This document shows, piece by piece, positions 52,330-64,000 of a stretch of DNA of 64,000 nucleotides (position 1 is its first letter; the number at the start of each line of letters is the position of its first letter). Both the position numbers and the translations under genes were made by a program. Source of the stretch: Eledone cirrhosa. Taxonomy: Eukaryota. The notes under the pieces are model-generated. The model was given only the letters and a program-made list of their open reading frames with translations, was not told the DNA's origin and did not search any database. Location: assembly GCA_964016885.1 (NCBI GenBank), contig OZ024752.1, positions 49,166,001-49,230,000 on the forward strand, written 5' to 3'.

Positions 52330-52615
52330 ATCATCATCATCATCATTTTACATCTGTTGTTCCATGCTTGTATGGGTTGGACAGGTCCTCCTTAGTACAG
52401 CATCTCTCCACTTGTCACGTTCCTTTGTCATCTCCTCTGAGAGCTTTAACAACCTGAGGTCAGCTCTCACCCCTTCCTTGGTCTTCCTCTACTGTGGCTT
52501 CTTTCCACTGGGATTATTTGGCACTTCTTTACTCAATGATCATCATCCATGCGCATCGCATGTCCATACCAGCGCAGTCTCCTCACCTGCACACTACTTC
52601 TGATTTCTCTTATTT
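52330..52615 (-). mobile_element. RTE/RTEX LINE 3' end
   Basis: IREIRSSVQVRRLRWYGHAMRMDDD...RGRPRK...DKWRDAVL; (TGA)n tail. Confidence 0.85.
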
Positions 52616-53294
52616 GGATATATATTATGAGAGCTGATTCAAGGTGGTTTTCATATTTTGTTCCCATCTCACAATAACTGTACCATATTTTTTTAGGGGA
52701 ATATCTTAACATGTGTATCATATTACTGGTATGATATGTATCTCATTCCCACTCTTATAAATTAGCATATGGTTGTGATATTTGGGCAGTTAAGAATTAA
52801 GAAGTTCTATTGTAACTTCTCAAAATCTTATCACAAGAATGCCTCACTTAGCACTAAAGAATTCTATGTAATGTAATCAATCAAAACAAAATCAGAGAAT
52901 TTTTACATTCTTTGTTTAGCAGCAGTAATCTATACAGAAAGAGAGAATGAATAAATTATAATTATGTCATTAATTAATTGATGAGTCAATGACATTTCAT
53001 AATAATGTTGACCATAAATGATGCAGTATGTTATTCCAGCAAATTTGTACTAGTGTCACTGATGGAAATAGATATCAATTTTCTGAAATGTAAGATTTTT
53101 ACCAGTTACATGTGTGATGTTATCCTGTATAAATTAGAAAGATTGTCTCGGGAGGATTTATTTTTATATGTCTTATTATATTGCCTCTTTTCCATGAAGA
53201 GAAAGAAAGAGTTGAAGAGAAGATGGGGAGATAACCTACTCCTAACCCATTGGAGTCAACAAACAGGACAGACATTGCAATTAGACAGAATATG

Positions 53295-53410
53295 GTAACA
53301 TGATTAAGACAGTGAAATCAGAGCAAGCAACAGGCTCTTCTGGGATATTTGCTGAAATGTTGAAAGGTTGTAGACAGAGGAGAATAACAGTGGTCAACCA
53401 GCTGGTAAAA
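53295..53410 (+). mobile_element. LINE reverse transcriptase N-terminal fragment
   Basis: KSEQATGSSGIFAEMLKG resembles the K.GKAPGPSGI.AEMLK motif. Confidence 0.55.
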
Positions 53411-53683
53411 ATCAACTTTGTATCTTTGACAGTTAACAGAACAACACTCTTACTATCTAATACTATGTAGAAAAAACACAAACAGAGCAGAGTCGATTCA
53501 GAAGAGTTACAATGTTTGGTATTTAGAAAAGAACATGAAAGAAATTAAAGGGAATGTAGCCCATACAACTTCACCAGGAGTTGTGAATTCATACAAACAA
53601 TATATGTTGATTCTTTGGCATGAGGCATTAAATTCCATCCTTTCATGTCCTTTGCAAAACATTAGAAGTACTCAAGAATTCAA

Positions 53684-53872
53684 TATTGTTTCTAGTTTTG
53701 GCACAAGGCCAGCAATTATCCCAGTATATTACTGGTACTTTATTTTATCGACCCTGTAAGAATGAAAGGCAAAGTTAACCTCAGCGGGATTTAATCTCAG
53801 ATCATAAAGGGCTGTAACTATGCTGCAAAGCATGGCAGCTGACGCTCTACCGATACTGCCAATCCACCGCCC
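53684..53872 (-). mobile_element. family B SINE
   Basis: Full-length match. Confidence 0.9.
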
Positions 53873-54089
53873 TGTAAATCAATTAAATAATAGATGCACA
53901 AGTGATTCTGGTCCTTTTTCAGTGGAACTGAAAAAGGACCAGAATGTAGGTGCAGTAAATAGCACAAGGTAGTAATGAATTGAAGAACAACACTTTCACA
54001 AATGCCCATACATCCTACAGAAAGCAGTAAACAATTTCTGTTACCAAGATTACATTATATTTTTGGAGGAGAATCAACAGATACTAGTT

Positions 54090-54232
54090 GACACAGCATG
54101 GCCAAATGGTTAGGAAGTTTTCTTCGCTAATATAAGGTTCTGAGTTCAATCCAACTGTGTAGAATTTTAGGAAAGTGTTATCTACCAGAGCTTTGAGCTG
54201 ACCAAAGCCTTGTGAGTAAAATTGGATAGATG
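54090..54232 (+). mobile_element. old tRNA-derived SINE head/body
   Basis: TGGCCAAATGGTTAGG...GAGTTCAATCC...GACCAAAGCCTTGTGAGT. Confidence 0.55.
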
Positions 54233-56740
54233 TTTTCGGTTGACTTTTTTTTTTAATAGCTTCAACAAATAAAAAATTAACTGAATATTTATGTTATGCT
54301 CCAAATACCAGCTTTCTCTAAGTCGTTAATTGTTTTCAAAGTGATTTGAAAGTTATAGGCTTAAGTGTTTTATTAGAAATACAATGATGAAAAAGTTAAT
54401 AGAAAAGTTAATGGATTAAGTCTATTACCCAGGCACTAATGATACCAGATAGTAGAGTTTTATGTGCAGAAATGTAGTACATTATATATAACATATATAT
54501 TCTTAGAAATGGAAAGAAAATAATAATTAGCTATATCTTCTAATTAGCTATATCTTCTAAAATTCAAAAAATATTTAACGGAGTCTTGAATTTAAAAATA
54601 CAGTATTTTTTTATTTTTAATACAGTCAAAACTCTGCGAATGCTTGCAGTTGTTTGTTTGTTTCTTTTTCTCCTTTATTCCTTCTAAACTAATGTTTTCC
54701 ATACATAGCTTCAGTAAATAATAATCTAACAATGAAATATTTACTTATATCTGACATTAATCAATTTTCAACAAATACCAATCAATTTCGAAATGCATCA
54801 ATTACTTGGTGTTCAATAAATCCAATTAACCAATAAACATCTAGATTTTTAAACATTAAAGAACGTTATTATACAAAAGAAAATGGAAGTAGTTTAACTA
54901 GATTTTTTTGTATTATTAATTTACTAAATGCAATTTTAAAGAATTAATTTTCATAGATAACAGCAGGTTAATAAGATTACTCAAGTAAATAATAAGATTC
55001 AAACACTGCCAGATATTTTAAATGCTTTTCAAATAGGACTTTTATAAACAATGTAATTTTGTAATTTTTATTAGTTTGCTTATATTCCAAATGAGGTCAT
55101 ACTTAGATTGTTAAAAATCTGTATAGACTACTTCAAGAAGAACTGATAAAGAATACCCATTAGCACAATTTTATTGCCGAACATATTAGATCACCAATAT
55201 ACACGATGCCAACCTAATCAATTTACCGTTTATTTTTGGGGGGGTTTTTTTGGTTTATTGTTTTAAAAATCATAAATATTTTTCAAGTTAATTAACTGAT
55301 AACATCATATAAAAATATTTTTTCCATGAAAAAATAAATTAGAATCTTGAAATCTTCGTAAGTAATTCAGTGAAGTAATAGCGATATGTAAATCAATTAT
55401 TTAATTTACCTAATTAAATAGATGATTCCCTTGAAAAACTAATGTGTACATGTGTGTACTAGAAACTCATTTACAGACCACTTTTACATACACATAACAA
55501 TAGTGATATCATTCAAGCATTTCATAAAAGCATTTATTCTAAGAATTAAAAGCTATGTTTCAATTATGAAGAAAATAAATCAAACTGTGAAAGCTATCTA
55601 GAACTATGTTTGTTTGTTTGTTTTTTTTTTAAGATAGGAAGACTAATTTAAGTTTTAATTTTATAATATTGAATTCTTAAGTTTTATTTTACATTATTGA
55701 TTTTAAATCATGAGCATGTGTAATAGGTAACACAAATTTTCTAATATTCCTTTGATAGTAATTCAAATACACACACATATCAGTCTATATGTTACTGGGT
55801 ATTTAAAACTTTTAAAATATCTTCAAACTACTTCTCCAATTATTAAATATAATCATCATGTTAGCAAGCAGCAATGAAATTTGGTGACAAAAATGGTAAC
55901 TTTTCTCATACCAAACAAAAAAAAAAAATAATAATTTAAAAAAGCTATTCACTGTGCAATCAAATCAACTCACATCTGTACAATCAGTCATATCTCTTCT
56001 ACTAAGTCTACACACAGTACTATCATTGCTCTAAATCTTTCTCTATATTTTATGTCATATCTGTTTATTGTAACATTATAATCAGCCTATTGGCCTTAAT
56101 TTAGATGTACCTAAAATACACAGCAAATCAGCCTACATTTCTTTTCACAAACACTCTTTCAAAGAGACTACCTTCATCATAATCTTTTATCTCGACGAAA
56201 AGATGAAAAGAATTGATTGTAATTTTTAATGTAATGTAACATTAAAAATTTAAAAAAGGGTTCATCCCTCATTTTTAATTTAAGGTTTAACTTTTCTGCA
56301 CTATTCTTTGATGTCAACTTGTGAAAAGTGGTCTGGATGAAGTCAGTCGACAAAATCAGATCTTAATGTACTGGTATAACTCCCAATTTATTTCAGAGAT
56401 CTTTTCAGCAATATGGATTATTTAAAATGCTATAAATTATAAATTAAGCTAGATTCTTTCAAAAGTAAAAGTAAACAAAACTGCTTGAATGCACTGTTGT
56501 ATTTCTATTATTTAATTTGATAAATTTTCCCCCAATTAAATTTACTTTAACATGTAATCTTGAAATACATTTTCTTTGTTAATTTTGTTATTGATATTAA
56601 ATGGTTGATACCAACTTTCAAAAAGTAGAAATAAATACAGGGAATTCATTCTCTTTTAAAGCTTTGAAACTTATAAACTTATTACATTTTAAAAAAGTAA
56701 AAGCCCATAAGACAAAAAAAAGATAAAAAATAAAAATATA

Positions 56741-56931
56741 TAATTGTTTCTACTTTTGGCACAAGGCCAGCAATTATCCAGTGCATTACTGGTACTTTAT
56801 TTTATCGACCCCGTAAGGATGAAAGGCAAAGTTAACCTCGGCGGGATTTGAACTCAAACCATAAAGGGGCGTAACTCTTTGCTGCAAAGCATAGCGTCAG
56901 ACCCTCTACCGATACTGCCAATCCACCGCCC
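56741..56931 (-). mobile_element. family B SINE
   Basis: Full-length match. Confidence 0.9.
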
Positions 56932-57114
56932 TAAAAATATATAATAAAATATATAATATACAAAAATATATATGTAATAATATATTTTTACATATATATC
57001 TAAACTGAAATTGAATTTTTCTTTTAATGGCTTAAAATATTTTAACAAATATACAAATTATTTATATAACTTTAAATTTAATACAATTTTGCACAATCAT
57101 TTTCTCAATATAAA

Positions 57115-57345
57115 AATCACCCAGCCCACACTTAAGACGTCGTATAGGTGTCACGACAAAAAGTACCCAGTTCACACTGTGAAGTGGTCATATAGGTATC
57201 ATGACAAAAAGCACCCAGTTCACACTGAAGTGGTCATGTAGGTGTCACGACAAAAAGCACCCAGTTCACACTGTAAAGTGGTCATATAGGCGTCACAATA
57301 AAAAGCACCCAGCACTTACTATGAGGTTGGCGTTAGGAAGGGCAT
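57115..57345 (+). repeat. 46-48-bp tandem of the SINE/RTE body motif, about 4.5 copies
   Basis: GGTGTCACGACAAAAAGCACCCAGTTCACACTG repeated, ending GTTGGCGTTAGGAAGGGCAT. Confidence 0.85.
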
Positions 57346-57875
57346 TTATATATATGTATATGTGTGTATGTATATGTGTGTATATACACACATATACATA
57401 CACACACATACATACATATACACAAACATATATATATATATATATGATCACTGCCTCCTCGTTATCGAATAAGGCCATTGCACGATATACCATTATTAAT
57501 AATTATTAATTAATTCTATCGTGCAATGCCTGTGCGTGAAGATATTTTTTAAAGTGAGGAAAAGCTGCACTGAGCCAATCCCACTCTCTGAGCGACAGTA
57601 GCTATAACCCGAAAAGAAGAAAAGATCAACATCATCGGTAACTACTGAGCTGCAGGTTTTATATCGGAGTAATCCCAGTTTCCTGAGTTGCCTTCTCCTA
57701 GAAGAATGCCCTGACAAAGGCTAGGGGTCCTTCACTCCCAGTGCTTTAACTGCGCGGTACATGTGTACATACATATTTACACACTTTCGGATGGCCGTTG
57801 ACTCTTATGAGTTGTTCCAACCCTTTGTCATATACACATACTCACACATATATATATATATATGTGTGTACATAC

Positions 57876-58125
57876 ATCATCATCATCATCGTTTCACGTC
57901 CATCTTCCACGCTTGCATGGGTTTGGATGGGAGTTTTCCCACTTGAGGCAAGAGTGGTTGTCTTGCTCGCATAGGACTGTCTGGCGGGTTTTCTACGGCT
58001 GGATGCCCTTCCTAACACCAACCACGTTTAGTGTGGACTGGGAGGTTTTTACCGTGTTGCCTACACGGCCACATTACAGCGTGGACTGTGTGTTTTTGTC
58101 GTGACACCTACACGACCTCATTTGT
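57876..58125 (-). mobile_element. RTE-derived SINE body/tail module
   Basis: Minus strand GTTGGTGTTAGGAAGGGCATCCAGCCGTAGAAAA...CCCATGCAAGCGTGGAAGATGGACGTGAAAC(GAT)n. Confidence 0.75.
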
Positions 58126-58245
58126 TTCGGACTGGATGTTGTGGTACCAACATAACTATGCATTGAAAGGGGTGGTGTGGATGGGGTGGGGGTAGTGGGA
58201 CGGGGGTGTATTTTTGTTAGAGGTGTCTACTGACTGTAGTAGGTT

Positions 58246-59054
58246 TCACTTTGTACTTAGGTAAGGCGGGTCTTCTGTATTACTGTGTAGCGCCAAAGAT
58301 CTCAGTGACATTGTCTTGGAGAGGTGTAAGTGTGTGAGGTCGGAATTTATCAAGTCGTCCCAGGTTTTTCTGGGTCTGCCTACTCCGTGGCTACCGTCTA
58401 TTTTTATTGCCCTGCACTTTTTTATACAGCTGTCGTCTTTCATGCGCATCACGTGACTGTACCAACGTAGTCTTCTCTCGAGTAAACAACATCTGATCCC
58501 TCTTATTCCTAATTTTTCCCTTAGTTTGTTTATGCTTTGCTGTTCACGTATATTACTATTACACATCCAGCGGAGCATGCAAGCTTTGTTCCTCTCCAGT
58601 CTGCGTATATCCTCTGCGCACAATGCCCAGGTCTCACTGCCATGTAACATTGTTGTTCGTATGCAGGCATCATACAGCCTGCCTTTCATTTTTAGAGAGA
58701 ACCCTTTAGCGGCTAATAGTGGTATAAGCTCTCTGAACTTTTTCCATCCAGTTCTAACTAGCTACTGTACTTTCAGAGCACCCTCCACCACTGCTGATTT
58801 TGTCACCCAAGTAACGGAAGGTGTCCACTATTTCTATAGAACCATCTGTGCAATGGAATGAGCTAGTATTCTGTGGGCATTTGCTGCTACTTATTGTACC
58901 AGCGCACTGGCCACATATAAAATCTATATTCTTAGTTAGCTTACCTGTGATCCCACTACATCTTTTATGCACCCATACTTTGCATTTGGGATATAAAATG
59001 GAGTTTCTGCCTACTCCTTTCCTACATACTGAGCATGGCCATTTCCCGGATGGG
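58246..59054 (-). mobile_element. RTEX-like LINE C-terminal ORF fragment (frameshifted) with PHD-like zinc finger
   Basis: PSGKWPCSVCRKGVGRNSILYPKCKVWVHKRCSG...FICGQC...FRYLGD; KGRLYDACIRTTMLHGSETW...RRLRWYSHVMRM...GRPRKTW. Confidence 0.9.
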
Positions 59055-59549
59055 ATAATATACATATATCTATATTTAAGTATTGTTATAGAAAGAAGTT
59101 GATATTTTTCAATCATTCAAAAGAATTATTTCAGAATCTGTTTTAAAAATTACAATTTCTAAAGAATTAAGTGTTGAAATATTTAATGTGATGTCAATAA
59201 AAAAAAAAAAAACAATATCCAAGTTTTTTATTTTTAAGATTTTGACAATTACTTGTAAAATCATTAGTAAATATTTTTGATTTGTTATTTTTGCACTTTA
59301 ATCATATTTTTCGCAAGTATTTAGGTTAAAAAGAATCAAGAAATAATTTGTTGAATAGATATTGATTAAATAAATAAGCATTACTCAATAATTAGTAAAT
59401 GATTCAATAATCAGAACATTAAAGATCTGATCCAGTTTGTTAAAGTTAGAATTTCATTGCTGTTCAATGAAAAGTAAATATATGACTAACTGTTCTGATG
59501 CCAAACTATATCAAATCTCCCCTGGCCCTCTCGCATAAAACTGTTTATT

Positions 59550-59670
59550 TTAACCCTTTAGCATTTAAACCAGCTATATTCGATATTATGTGAGATAATT
59601 ATGTAAGCTAAAGCCTTTACCATGAAAATATAATAGTAAATATAGGATAATGTAAATGTTAAAGGGTTAA
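59550..59670 (-). mobile_element. internally deleted family M MITE
   Basis: Both TTAA-flanked termini present, about 100 bp missing. Confidence 0.8.
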
Positions 59671-59711
59671 ACTGTTTATATTTATGTAAAAACCTCCAAT
59701 TAGAATTTTAT

Positions 59712-59788
59712 AATAATGAAAATTATTGTGTACATTGCTCAGGTGCACTACAACTCATCAAAGGTGCATGCATAGTACATAGAATAAT
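59712..59788 (-). mobile_element. CR1-type 3' tip
   Basis: TTGTGTACATTGCTCAGGTGCACTACAACTCATCAAA matches 38030-38065. Confidence 0.8.
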
Positions 59789-59974
59789 CGTTTCTACTTT
59801 TGGCACCAAGCCAGCAATTATCCCAATTACTGGTGCTTTATTTTATCGACCCGACCCCTGTAAGGATGAAAGGCAAAGTTAAGCTCGGCGGGATTTGAAT
59901 TAAGACCGTAAAGGGCCGCAACTCCGTGCTGCAAAGCATGACGTTTGACTCTCTACCTAAGCTGCTAATCCACC
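59786..59974 (-). mobile_element. family B SINE
   Basis: Match to family. Confidence 0.85.
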
Positions 59975-60304
59975 ACAATCCAATAATGGTATCTATGATA
60001 GGCTATTCCATGCTTTCATAGAGAGAAGTCTGTTTTGAAGCATATTTTCCTCCGCTCAAAATTCTACCTGATGCCAACCCATTCTGTATTTTATGTTACC
60101 ACTGATGTTTATGGTACATATTGTTTATGGGGAACATAAAGACCACCCCTCTCCATGTCAGGTAATCGATGTCAACATGTATATTGAAGTCTCCTAGTAG
60201 TATATAAAACCCAGTCTTAACTATATCTAGTGCTGCAGTGATTTCAAGGAAGGACCTTTCTCTTTGGTGCATAAACTTATTTGCACCAGCTACAGAGCCC
60301 TTTC

Positions 60305-60559
60305 TTAACCCATTAGCAGTTAAACCAGCCATATCTGGCCAGAATTCTTTCTCCTCTTTCTGTTCAAACCAGCCGTAACTGGCAACTCATACTGATGTTA
60401 AGGTATTGTTCTCAAAATAAATAATATCAAAATCTCATTGATTCAATATTATGTGAGATAAAGCTTTTGCTGCGAAAATACAATTGTAAATATAGGGTAA
60501 TTTTTTTTTTTTTTTTTGTGTGAATGTTAAAGGATTTTTTGTAAATGTTAAAGGGTTAA
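60305..60559 (-). mobile_element. family M MITE
   Basis: TTAA termini plus internal match. Confidence 0.85.
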
Positions 60560-60740
60560 GGCTCAAAGTAGCCATACTCCACTTCAAACATTTCTTCTTT
60601 CTGGGGGAGAGGTCCTACTGAAGAAACACATGACAAGCCACACACTGTCAAAAAATACAACCAACTTTATTTCTACCACAGACAGCTCGTGATGTTCTCT
60701 TGAAATATAAACAAACTAAACCAGTTTATTATATATATAA

Positions 60741-60829
60741 TTTGTCGATCGACTTTCGTCAAATCGGACTGAGGAAACGATGTTTCCGTTGGTCTTTCCA
60801 ATTGCTAATACTATCTACCGGTCGCAACT
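60741..60829 (-). mobile_element. isolated SINE tail module
   Basis: Near-identical to 62281-62369. Confidence 0.75.
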
Positions 60830-60856
60830 GTCTGGCTTAAGTTTATTATATCTATG

Positions 60857-60969
60857 TCAAATCCCACCGAGGTTAACTTTATTTTATCAACCCTGTAAGG
60901 ATGAAAGGCAAAGTACCAGTAATATACTGGGGTAATTGCTGGCCTTGTGCCAAAAAGTAGAAATAATTA
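60857..60969 (+). mobile_element. family B SINE, 5'-truncated, central domain inverted
   Basis: 60881-60909 is reverse-complemented relative to the other copies; TSD ATTATATCTATGTC. Confidence 0.85.
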
Positions 60970-61407
60970 TATCTATGTCTAAAAAGGCCTCAGGGTGGGG
61001 TAGGGTAGATTAGATTCTCTTTCAGATATGTTTTAATAAAATGGCGGGTAGATGCTATTTGTTTTTTTTATTAGTATTAGGTGGGGAGAGTATATTCTTT
61101 TATGTTTTGCTTTGTTTTGTTTTGTTTTTTTCAGTCTTTTGTTGTAAGTGAAGATTTGTAAATCCCTTTTCTCCCTCAAGGTATATTTTAACAAGGTTTC
61201 AATGTCATGTGATTTCACAATCAGACTGTATGTAGTATATTCACAATACAATGGCGGAAGATACATAGCCTTTTATTTTTATACAGTTTCAAAAATATTT
61301 CGTTAGCCCTGACCAAGCAAACCTGTAATCAAAGATGTTTCGTGTTTCAGCTATGAAATCACCATCCCATTTTTATTTTATGCTGTGTTTCTTAGACTAC
61401 ATTATTT

Positions 61408-61664
61408 TCGGCAGTATCGGTAGAGGGTCGGACGCCATGCTTTGATGCATAGAGTTACGGCCCTTGCCATTCTGAGGTCAAATTCCGCCGAGGTTAACTT
61501 TGCCTTTCATCCTTACGGGGTCGATAAAATAAAGTACCAGTAATGCACTGGGTTATTGCTGGCCTTGTGCCAAAAAGTAGAAACAATTATTTTTGTATAG
61601 AGTTACGGCCATTTATGATCTGAGTTAAAATCCCGCTGAGGTTAACTTTGCCTTTCATCCTTCG

Positions 61665-61665
<1 letters not shown>
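61408..61665 (+). mobile_element. family B SINE plus partial second copy
   Basis: Match to family. Confidence 0.85.
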
Positions 61666-61713
<48 letters not shown>

Positions 61714-61812
61714 GCAATCATCGAATGCCCTATAGATAAATTAGATTGTTATAGTTGTTTGAATTTGCAGTAGAATAACGTTGCAAATATGTTTTAGATA
61801 AATACATAAATG

Positions 61813-62022
61813 ATTTCTAGCATAGGCACAAGGCCAGTAATCTGGGGGGGGGGGGGAGAAAAGTCGATTAAATCGACCTCAGTACATTACTGGAACTTTA
61901 TTTTATCGACCTCGTAAGGATGAAAGGCAAAGTTAACCTCGGCGGGATTTGAACTCAGAACGTAAAGGACCGTAACTCTATGCTGCAAAGCATGGTGTCT
62001 GGCCTGCTATTGATACTGCTAA
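61813..62022 (-). mobile_element. family B SINE, longer-tail variant
   Basis: Match to family. Confidence 0.85.
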
Positions 62023-62280
62023 TAACATTACAAAACATTATAAATTGCTCGGACAAATATAATGTCTTAACCGTGTATACACAATCATATAAATTCATAA
62101 ATAAAAATAAAGGGAAAAAAAACAAGGAAAATAAGGGAGTGGGGAAACTCCCCTTTGTTTGATAATGTTTTATCCCGTTTATTTTTATTTTTCTATTTTT
62201 AATGTTTTAATATTAACTTTTCTATCTAACTAGTTTTGTATTTGCTTTGTTTCTGTTCAATAAAAAAAAAAAAAATGAAA

Positions 62281-62497
62281 ATTGTCGATCGACTTTCGTC
62301 AAATCGGACCGAGGAAACAATGTTTCCGTTTGTCTTTCCAATTGCTAGTACTATCTATCGGTCGCAACTCCAGGTAGAAGGAACAACGTGAAATAAAGTG
62401 TCTTGCTCAAGGACATAACACATCGCCCGGTCCAGGAATCGAACTGACAACCTCACGAGTGCGAATCCAGTTCTCTAACCACTCAGCCACACACCTT
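62281..62497 (-). mobile_element. tRNA-CORE-like SINE with a third tail type
   Basis: Minus strand TGGCTGAGTGGTTAGAG...AGTTCGATTCC...TCCTTGAGCAAGACACTTTATTTCAC, tail ending GACGAAAGTCGATCGACAA. Confidence 0.85.
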
Positions 62498-62559
62498 CTG
62501 TTCGATAATGTCAATAAACACTAAACTTTTGGGGGTCAGAATGAGAGAAAGCACGCCAT

Positions 62560-62725
62560 TAGGGTCGGACGCCATTCTTTGCAGCAAAGAGTTACGGCCC
62601 TTTATGGTCTGAGTTCAAATCCCGCCGAGGTTAACTTTGCCTTTCCTCCTTACGGGGGTCGTTAAAATAAAGTACCAGTAATACACTGGGGTAATTTGCT
62701 GGCCTTGTGCCAAAAGTAGAAACTA
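62560..62725 (+). mobile_element. family B SINE
   Basis: Match to family. Confidence 0.85.
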
Positions 62726-62904
62726 TTTCCAGCGAACCGCCTGAAAACAGGTGGAATTTATATAATGTATTACCTGAAGAATACAGGTAAGTCTTCTCTA
62801 TTATTCTCAGACTACAAAGAAATTACTCAGGTAATTGTTTAATACTGTTTTTTCTTTCTTTCTTCTATAACATTTTATCGCCTTCAATAATATTAGTATT
62901 ATTG

Positions 62905-62950
<46 letters not shown>

Positions 62951-63029
62951 ATTCCGGGTTGAATCGGAGGTAACCACAGTAAGTAAGGTACTCAATACAT
63001 TGCAGAGTATAAAAGTTTTAATATAGATG

Positions 63030-63080
63030 AGATTCTACAGGACTAGAACTGTTTCATTCTTTAGAAATCATCAGGAATCT
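63030..63080 (-). ncRNA. type I hammerhead ribozyme candidate
   Basis: Minus strand AGATTC-CTGATGA-T-TTC-TAAA-GAA-T-GAA-ACAG-TTCTAGTC-CTGT-A-GAATCT: intact core; helix I 6 bp, II 3 bp, III 4 bp; GUA site. Confidence 0.7.
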
Positions 63081-63393
63081 GGGTATCAAAAAAAATATAT
63101 ATATCTACACACACATATGTGTGTGTGTGTGTAATATTTATTTGTGTATGTATGTATATAATATATATCTATTTGTGTATGTATATGTATAATATATATC
63201 TGTGTATGTATGTATGTGTATAATATATCTATCTATGTGTGTATGTATGTATGTGTATAATATATATATCTAAAATATATATATCTATGTGTGTATGTAT
63301 GTAATATATATCTATGTATGTATGTGATTAATATGTATGTATGTGTAAAATATGTATACAAAAATAATTATAATAAACGTAACATTATATTAA

Positions 63394-63583
63394 TAATTGT
63401 TTCTACTTTAGGCACAAGGCCAGCAATTACCCAGTGCATTACTGGTACTTTATTTTATCGACCCCGTAAGGATGAAAGGCAAAGTCAACTTCGGCGGGAT
63501 TTGAACTCAGATGGTAAAGGGCCGTAACTCTATGCTTCAAAGCATGGCGTCTGACACTCTACCGATTCTGCCCATCCACCGCC
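63394..63583 (-). mobile_element. family B SINE
   Basis: Full-length match. Confidence 0.9.
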
Positions 63584-63695
63584 CGAGGATATTTGGTGCA
63601 TCGGCCGGTAAATACAATAATATAAGTATATATTAATGACTCATATATAGCACGGTTGATTAATATCAGTGGTTAAAGTCTTCTCCCCCCCCCCC

Positions 63696-63931
<236 letters not shown>

Positions 63932-64000
63932 TACCCACTCTACTACCTCAAGTATTGAGTACTTTGGTGCGTTATGGTCCACCTGGTTCCTTACCACATT

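Noticed and set aside
57470-57529. CATTGCACGATA...TATCGTGCAATG inverted repeat in a GC-richer island
   Set aside because: A real 12-bp inverted repeat, but single-copy in this window and not assignable to a class.
60769-60790. CTGAGGA followed by a hairpin as a hammerhead core
   Set aside because: No downstream GAAA or helix III; it is part of a SINE tail and reads CCGAGGA in the paralog at about 62309.

Overview
Eukaryotic, very AT-rich, repeat-dominated DNA. The (TA)n/(CA)n/(TAA)n/(TGA)n microsatellites and the SINE/LINE repertoire point to a coleoid cephalopod, most likely an octopod (inference). No host protein-coding gene can be supported. The YIYI/CVCV ORFs are microsatellite translations, and every recognisable coding remnant is transposon-derived: a Helitron PIF1 helicase fragment, RTE and RTEX LINEs (one with a PHD-like zinc finger), CR1-type 3' ends and an R4/Dong-type C-terminus. 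The window also holds more than 20 copies of a tRNA-derived SINE with a Meta-like body, several tRNA-CORE-like SINEs with different tails, about a dozen TTAA-flanked piggyBac-like MITEs, and several minisatellites. The most interesting signal is a set of unrelated short elements beside (TA)n tracts that carry type I hammerhead-ribozyme-like motifs (Penelope-like/retrozyme-type). These show non-canonical cores (U.U or A.A at the base of helix II, a CAGAAGA core in three copies, enlarged helix II) and fold-back inversions at or near the motif. One paralog has the core deleted up to the predicted cleavage site. All folds were derived by eye, activity is untested, and repeat boundaries are approximate.
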